The notes under the pieces were generated by a model. The model saw only the letters and a list, made by a program, of their open reading frames with translations. It did not search any database and was not told where the DNA came from. This document shows, one piece after another, positions 58,273 to 64,000 of a DNA stretch of 64,000 bases. Origin of the DNA: an uncultured delta proteobacterium (GTDB lineage: Bacteria; Desulfobacterota; Binatia; JACPRU01); the NCBI GenBank assembly GCA_963745025.1, contig CAVUWD010000008.1, forward strand, positions 220,854-284,853. The letters are read 5' to 3'. Within the stretch, counting starts at the first letter, position 1, and each line of letters opens with the position of its first letter. The translations under genes were made by a program, and so were the position numbers.

Positions 58273-61200
58273 GTGCCTCACTCCTTCGGGTCGAAGGCTT
58301 CCGAGACTTCTGTGGTGGAAACCGCTCTAGCCAAGAAAGTCGTATCTCAGCGGGGCGTTTTCGTCGGTCGAGACAGAGAGATCGCCGAGCTCGAGACAGG
58401 TCTCGAAGACGCGATCTCCGGTCGAGGGCGCCTCTTCTTGCTGGTCGGGGAACCTGGCGTCGGCAAGACCCGGCTCGCGGACGAAATCGTCGCACGCGCT
58501 CAGGCCCGCGGGGTGCTCACGCTCTGGGGCCGCTGCTGGGATGGGGGCGACGCCCCGCCCTACTGGCCGTGGACCCAGATCATCCGCTCGTATCTCGCTC
58601 AGCGCGACTCGCAGCAGCTGACGAGGTCGCTCGGGCCCGCGTCTCGCGTCGTCGGCCAGCTCGTTCCCGAGCTGCGAGAACAGATCCCAGGAGATCCGGA
58701 CTCCGGCGCCACCTCGTTCAACGACACGGAGCGCGCCCGCTTTCAGCTCTTCGATGCCATCGCGCGCTTTTTCTGGCGCGCCTCGCGGGAAGAGCCGCTC
58801 GTGCTCGTCCTCGACGACCTGCACGTTGCCGATGCGCCGTCCTTCCTGCTCCTCCAGTTCCTGGCTCGCGATATACGCGGGGCTCGGCTGCTGATCGTCG
58901 GAACCTATCGCGACGTCGAAGCCAACCGCACGCCCGAGCTTTCGCGCGTCCTCGGCAGTCTCGCTCGCGAGGGCCGCTATCTTGCCCTCCGCGGCCTCGA
59001 GGAGGTCGACGTGGGCGCGTTCATCGCCGAGGTCGCGGGCAATCCGCCGCAACAGTCGGTGGTGCGGGCGCTCTACCAGGCGACCGAAGGCATCCCGTTC
59101 TTCGTCGACGAGATGGTCCGGTTCCTCATCGCCGAGGGACGCCTGCGACGAAACGGCACGGAGCTCCGCGCTTCGAACCTCGGTCTTCCGCAGGGCATTC
59201 GCGACGCGATCCGACGGCGCATCGAAACCCTCTCGGCCGAGACCAAGGAAGTCTTGTCCGTCGCCTCCGTCATCGGCCGAGAGTTCGGGCTGAAGCTCCT
59301 CGAGAAGGTCTCCGGGCTCGGCACCGATCGCTTGCTCGAAGCGATGCGCGAGGCCGAGAGCTACGAGATCGTCGAACGAGGCTCGATGGCGGCCGGTCAC
59401 TACAGCTTCTCGCACGTGCTCGTGCGCGACACGTTCTACTACGAGTGTCCGCCGTCGCGCCGAATCGAGCTCCATCAGGCGATCGGCGAGGCGCTCGAGG
59501 CGCTGCACGGCGAAGACCGCAGCTCGCGTCTGTCGAGTCTCGCGCGGCATTTCTTCCAGGCGATCGGCAAGGCGGGCAGCGAGAAGGCGCTCGCCTACTG
59601 CGTCGAGGCCGCGAAGCAGAATGCCAAGCTCCGCGCCTACGAGGAGGCGGCCGAGCACTACGGGCGAGCGCTCGAGACGCTCGCTTTCAGCCCGCCGGTC
59701 GACGAGCGAATCCGTTGCGATCTTCTGCTCGGTCTCGCCGAAGCGCAGTGGCGAGCGGGCGAGACGGCGTCGGCGCGGTCGAGCCTCGAGCGCGCCGCGG
59801 ATCTGAGTCGGCGGCTCGGGGATACGGAGCGGCTCGCGCACGCGGCCTTGGGCCTTTCGGCGGATCCCGGGGAGCCCCACTTCGTCCACCGCGCCGATGC
59901 CGCCACCGTCGATCTCCTGAAAGAAGCTCTCGAGGCGCTCGGGCCGGAGAGCAGCGTGCTCCGCGCGCGGCTCTTGGGGCGGCTCGGGGTGGCGCTTCGC
60001 TTCCGGGCGAACGGCGCGGCGGAGGAGCGGACACGCGTCGCCCTCGAGGCGGTCGAGATGGCCGAGCGCCTCGGCGATCCCGCGACACGCCTGGCCGCGC
60101 TCTACGACCGGCAGCTCTCGATGCTCGGTCCGGACGGTTTGGAGGCGCGAACCGCGGCGGTCGACGAGATCTTGCGGCTTGCCTCGGCGCTCGGCGATCG
60201 CGAGATGGTGTTCCGGGGCAACTACCTGCGCCTGCTGAATTGCTTCGAGACTTGCGACATGCACGGCGTGGAGGGGGCGATCGAAGCCTGCGCGACGCTC
60301 GCCGAAGGCCTCCGGCGGCCGACTTTCGACTGGCAAATCGGAGTCGCTCGCGCCGTGCGGGCGCAGCTGGATGGACGATTCGACGAGGCCGAGCGCTTCG
60401 CCGAGGCCGCGCTCGAAGCCGGCGAGCGTGCGCACTGCGAGGCGGCGGCTCACGTGCTCTTGGCGCAGCGGTTCGCGCAGTGCCTCTCGCCGGACCGGAT
60501 GGCCGAGCTGGAGGAGCCGGTCAAGCGAACGGCCGAGCAGTATCCCTGGCTCACCGAGTGGCGAAGCGCGCTCGCGTTTCTCTACGCTCGGCTGGGGCGC
60601 GAGGGCGAAGCCAGAAGCGAGTTCGAGCGCCTCGCCAAGGACGGCTTCGGGGATCTTCCCCGCGACGAGAACTGGTACGCGAGCATGTGGTTTCTCTCCA
60701 TGACGTGCGCGTACCTGCGAGATTCCAAGCGCGCGCTGGCGCTCTACGAGCTGCTGCTTCCGTTCGCGGGCCGCTGCTGCGTCTTCGGTCTCGGAGCTGC
60801 GAGCATGGGGTCGGTCTCGTCGATGCTCGGCCTGCTTGCGGCAACGGCCGACATGTGGGGCGACGCCGAGCGCCATTCCGAGAATGCGCTGCGCCATGCC
60901 GAGATGGAGAATCAGCCGTTCGAGGTCGTGGCTCTCGTTCAGTACGCGAAGGCGCTGCTCGGTCGGAGCGCCCAGGGAGGCACGGATCGGGATCGGGCCC
61001 GCGCGCTCATCGATCGCGCGGTCGCGTCGGCCGACGCGATCGGCATGCGAGCGCTCCGGCTGGAGGCCGAAGAGCTCGCTGCCTCGATCGAGCCGGCATT
61101 CGGAAATCAGCGTAACATGTTCCAAAAGGCGGGCGACCACTGGACGATTTCCTACGAGAAAACGGTGTTCCATCTCAAGGACTCGATCGGCCTGTGTTAC

Positions 61201-61716
61201 ATCGCCCACCTTCTCCGCAATGCCGGCCGAAAGATCCCCGCCCCGGAGATCGTGCTCTGCGCGGAAGGGGTGCAAGCGGATACGGTTTCCGCGTACGACT
61301 CGATCCGTGTTCGGGAGGTTGCCGAGCTAGGCCTCAGCCATGGCTTCGGAGATGCCGGGGAGCTGGTGGACGCCCAGGCCGAGCAGGCCTACCGGCAGCG
61401 CTTCGCCGAGCTCGAGGTGGCGCTGCAAGAAGCCAAGGCTTTCAACGACTTGGGGCGCGTGGAGGCGATCCTCCACGAGCAGGACTTCCTGATTCGCGAG
61501 CTCTCCGCGGGCGTCGGCATCGGCGGCCGCAGCCGCAAAGCCGCGTCGTTCGCCGAGCGAGCCCGGTTGAACGTCACTCGAGCCATCAAGGCAGCGATCG
61601 AGCGGATCGCCCTCCACAGCGACGCCTTGGCCGACCACCTGAAAAAAAACATCGACACGGGGAAATCCTGTGTCTATATGCTTGATCCTCGTTCGCCGAT
61701 CTCCTGGGTTCTCTAA
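58273..61716 (+). CDS. STAND-type AAA ATPase regulator with helical/TPR-like region and C-terminal putative DNA-binding domain
   Basis: FVGRDREIAEL, GEPGVGKTRLA, LVLDDLHVAD, TEGIPFFV, ASVIGREF; tail GLCYIAHLL...ERARLNVTRAIKAAI...TGKSCVY. Confidence 0.88.
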   Translation: MPHSFGSKASETSVVETALAKKVVSQRGVFVGRDREIAELETGLEDAISGRGRLFLLVGEPGVGKTRLADEIVARAQARGVLTLWGRCWDGGDAPPYWPWTQIIRSYLAQRDSQQLTRSLGPASRVVGQLVPELREQIPGDPDSGATSFNDTERARFQLFDAIARFFWRASREEPLVLVLDDLHVADAPSFLLLQFLARDIRGARLLIVGTYRDVEANRTPELSRVLGSLAREGRYLALRGLEEVDVGAFIAEVAGNPPQQSVVRALYQATEGIPFFVDEMVRFLIAEGRLRRNGTELRASNLGLPQGIRDAIRRRIETLSAETKEVLSVASVIGREFGLKLLEKVSGLGTDRLLEAMREAESYEIVERGSMAAGHYSFSHVLVRDTFYYECPPSRRIELHQAIGEALEALHGEDRSSRLSSLARHFFQAIGKAGSEKALAYCVEAAKQNAKLRAYEEAAEHYGRALETLAFSPPVDERIRCDLLLGLAEAQWRAGETASARSSLERAADLSRRLGDTERLAHAALGLSADPGEPHFVHRADAATVDLLKEALEALGPESSVLRARLLGRLGVALRFRANGAAEERTRVALEAVEMAERLGDPATRLAALYDRQLSMLGPDGLEARTAAVDEILRLASALGDREMVFRGNYLRLLNCFETCDMHGVEGAIEACATLAEGLRRPTFDWQIGVARAVRAQLDGRFDEAERFAEAALEAGERAHCEAAAHVLLAQRFAQCLSPDRMAELEEPVKRTAEQYPWLTEWRSALAFLYARLGREGEARSEFERLAKDGFGDLPRDENWYASMWFLSMTCAYLRDSKRALALYELLLPFAGRCCVFGLGAASMGSVSSMLGLLAATADMWGDAERHSENALRHAEMENQPFEVVALVQYAKALLGRSAQGGTDRDRARALIDRAVASADAIGMRALRLEAEELAASIEPAFGNQRNMFQKAGDHWTISYEKTVFHLKDSIGLCYIAHLLRNAGRKIPAPEIVLCAEGVQADTVSAYDSIRVREVAELGLSHGFGDAGELVDAQAEQAYRQRFAELEVALQEAKAFNDLGRVEAILHEQDFLIRELSAGVGIGGRSRKAASFAERARLNVTRAIKAAIERIALHSDALADHLKKNIDTGKSCVYMLDPRSPISWVL

Positions 61717-61785
61717 AAGCCGCAAATTTATTCTCACTTGATTTTCTAGCGGTTTAAAGTATTTACAACCTGAATTTTGAGTGGC

Positions 61786-61813
61786 TGAACGAATCGTTCA
61801 ATCCGGTTGAACG
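61786..61813. promoter_or_regulatory. Candidate operator: three alternating TGAACG/CGTTCA half-sites
   Basis: tgaacg-aat-cgttca-atccggt-tgaacg in an AT-rich intergenic region. Confidence 0.45.
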
Positions 61814-61956
61814 CCTCGGTTATGGGTATATCCCTCATGGGAGTTTGGTTCGAGCAAAAAGTGTACGAAATAAGCGGAGGAAGTGGCATGTGGAAGCGTC
61901 GACCTAAACTAAGCGATATTAGTGGAAGCAAAATGATAGGAAGAGGAGAGAAAAAG

Positions 61957-63671
61957 ATGAGTACGGATGTGGGTCGTTTAGTCCGGTCGACGGCGCAGGT
62001 GGGCTTACTGCTGTCTTTTTTCGCCGCCGCCTTCGTTCCCAGGGCGGCGTGGGCCGTCAATTGTAATGGGCAGTTAGATTTCGCCTATTGCACCTCTGCT
62101 GGTGTGGTTAACGAATCTTGTCCGAGCACGCCTGTCTGTCAGGTACAAGACGACGTTATCCAAGTAAGGCTGCAACTCGGCACCGGTACGATCGATCTTG
62201 GGACTACGTTAAGCATAGACAGACTGCACTTCGAGCTCGACTGCAACAACGGCATCCTGGGGATTCCTTGCCCGGACGAGGGCGCCATCGTCGAATACGA
62301 GGGAGACAGCACCATTCAAACCAACTGCTTGTCGGGGGGCAATACTGGATCCCCCGTAACCTGGTCGAGCAACTTGGTGGGGGGAGGATCCGGCACCAAC
62401 GATCTGATATTTACCCCGTCCCCTTCGATTGTGATGCCCCAGCTGTCGCACAAACCTTTGCGAGGTCAGGTTCAACGTGAAGCTCTTGACCTCGCAGGGC
62501 ACCGACTCGAGTCCGTTCGCCATCTCGGAGAACTCTGGGTACATCCAGACGAACAACGACGCTTTTTGTACCGACAACGTCAATACTACGGGCTCCGGCG
62601 TACAGCAGCCGGGATTGATCTCGGTGTGCACGCCGACGCCTACGCCGACGAACACGCCGACGAACACGCCGACGAACACGCCGACGAACACGCCGACGAA
62701 CACGCCGACGAACACGCCGACCAACACGCCGACGCAACACGCCGACGAATACGCCGACCAACACGCCGACGAACACGCCGACGCAACACGCCGACGAACA
62801 CGCCGACGAACACGCCGACCAACACGCCGACGAATACGCCGACGAATACGCCGACGAATACGCCGACGAACACGCCGACGCAACACGCCGACGAACACGC
62901 CGACGAATACGCCGACGAACACGCCGACGCAACACGCCGACCAACACGCCGACGAATACGCCGACCAACACGCCGACGAACACGCCGACCAACACGCCGA
63001 CCCCGACCCCGACGCAGGCTAACGAGATCTGCCGCTCGCCCGGCTACTGGAAACAGCATCCGGGTGTTACGCAGAAAGTTATTGCCAGCGCGACTACGGA
63101 CGGCGTGCCAGGATGTATGGTCGTCTGCGGTGAGAAGTTGGACGCCGACTCAGTAACGACGATTGGTGACGCCAACTCCGCGATAGAGGGGCTGAGTGTG
63201 ACGGGCGGAGGAACGAAACGGCTCGCCTTCCAGCTCATTGCAGCGAAGCTGAACTGCATCGTCAGCGGTGCCTCTGACTGCTCGGGAATCAGTATCGAGG
63301 ATACCTACAACGCGTGCGACGCGGCTTGCACCAGCGGTAACACGACAGTGGACCTCGGTAATGGTCCGATCGACTGTATCTCAGCGCTTGACGCCTTCAA
63401 CAACGGTGAGGTCTGTCATGTACCGGTGGTTGGTCTCTGCAAGAACGCACAGAATCAGAGCATTCTGTGCACCGGGAATGACGACGCAGATTGCACGACC
63501 AACTGTAAGTCCCCTTCGGCGGACGCCGGTCCGTCCCAGGCGGCGAAAGACAGCGCCTGCACGGTGGTACCGGCGGGCGAGCACAACTGCACGTCTGGGA
63601 AGAAGTGCAACGATCAGGCGGCAGGACTACCAGCGGAGAGCTGCCTTACTGGGGACAGCACTTGTCCGTAG
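61957..63671 (+). CDS. Secreted Cys-rich protein with long (TPTN)n linker; frameshifted
   Basis: GAGGAG RBS, signal peptide ending AAWA, Cys-rich N-domain, TPTN array, CRSPGYW, QLIAAKLNC and Cys-rich C-domain in shifting frames. Confidence 0.8.
62630..63015 (+). repeat. 12-bp coding tandem repeat (acgccgacgaac; Thr-Pro-Thr-Asn)
   Basis: Roughly 30 units; four units carry an extra base (acgccgacgcaac). Confidence 0.95.
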
Positions 63672-63680
63672 GTAGGTAAC

Positions 63681-63727
63681 AGAAGGATGGCGCCGCCGGA
63701 TCGCGGTGCCATCCTTCTTCCTTCTTC
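63681..63727 (+). terminator. Hairpin immediately after the secreted-protein gene
   Basis: agaaggatggc...gccatccttct followed by a pyrimidine tract. Confidence 0.55.
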
Positions 63728-63739
63728 AGATCGAATCAC

Positions 63740-63773
63740 GACGCGGGGCGCCGAAAGGCGCCCCGCGTCTTTT
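63740..63773 (+). terminator. Rho-independent terminator
   Basis: gacgcggggcgcc-gaaa-ggcgccccgcgtc then tttt. Confidence 0.88.
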
Positions 63774-63776
63774 GTG

Positions 63777-63830
63777 GTGTGCCGAGCATGATCGACAGCC
63801 TTGGGGTGAGAGTCCCCTGCCCAACCTGAT
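63777..63830 (+). mobile_element. 5' stub of a probable group IIC intron
   Basis: Starts GTGTGCCGAGCATG and contains GGGGTGAGAGTCCCC, as in recalled IIC 5' ends; lies a few nt after a terminator, the known IIC target. Confidence 0.65.
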
Positions 63831-63833
63831 CGT

Positions 63834-64000
63834 GGGAGCTGCTCGACGTCCAGGTCGAACAGGCCTACCGACAGCGCTTCGCGGAGCTCGAGGCTGCGCT
63901 ACAAGAAACCAAGGCTTTCAACGACTTGGGGCGCGTGGAGGCGATCATCCACGAGCAGGACTTCCTCATTCCGAGCTCTCCGCAGGCGTCGGCATCGGCT
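63834..64000 (+). repeat. Decayed direct copy of part of the STAND ATPase 3' region (source 61358-61524), running off the window
   Basis: caggcctaccg.cagcgcttcgc.gagctcgagg...aaggctttcaacgacttggggcgcgtggaggcgatc.tccacgagcaggacttcct; substitutions and a small deletion. Confidence 0.92.

Noticed and set aside
53402-61275. Long antisense ORFs of 700-980 aa
   Set aside because: Expected stop-free shadows of high-GC genes, with no recognisable motifs.
62630-63015. CRISPR or non-coding satellite; HADE-repeat or poly-Arg ORFs
   Set aside because: These are alternative frames of a coding TPTN linker.
61358-64000. Diversity-generating retroelement TR/VR pair
   Set aside because: Differences between the copies are not adenine-specific and include an indel; no RT is in the window. 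The same applies to 29095/31136.

Overview
GC-rich bacterial chromosomal window. Gene content and codon style suggest a diderm, Deltaproteobacteria-like organism, possibly Ca. Binatia (inference only). 0.3-11 kb: housekeeping block (tonB-like/exbD/exbB, radC, ssb, plsC, rnj, ftsK, lolA, yajQ) whose intergenic spaces carry a family of palindromic repeats. 11-29 kb: accessory block (DEAD-box helicase, DUF190-CBS fusion plus crcB, Ycf46-like AAA ATPase, two VapBC-type pairs, HicB with a truncated hicA, Fic, a CusCBA-type efflux operon split by an 81-bp tandem array, a putative Na+/H+ antiporter). 29.7-58 kb: a surface-glycosylation island with a GT2-methyltransferase fusion, seven large polytopic GT-C (PMT/ArnT-like) proteins (several fused to beta-propeller, NPCBM or DUF2298+NHL domains), a UPF0104 flippase-like protein, an SGNH hydrolase and a secreted Thr-Pro-linker protein. 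58-64 kb: STAND-type ATPase regulator, then a secreted Cys-rich TPTN-repeat protein, terminators, the 5' stub of a probable group IIC intron and a diverged copy of the ATPase 3' end. Striking patterns are the GT-C array and the repeated 'gene 3' end - cargo - decayed copy of the same 3' end' layout. Many single-base frameshifts are probably read/assembly errors. All family calls come from motif recognition by eye; no searches were run.
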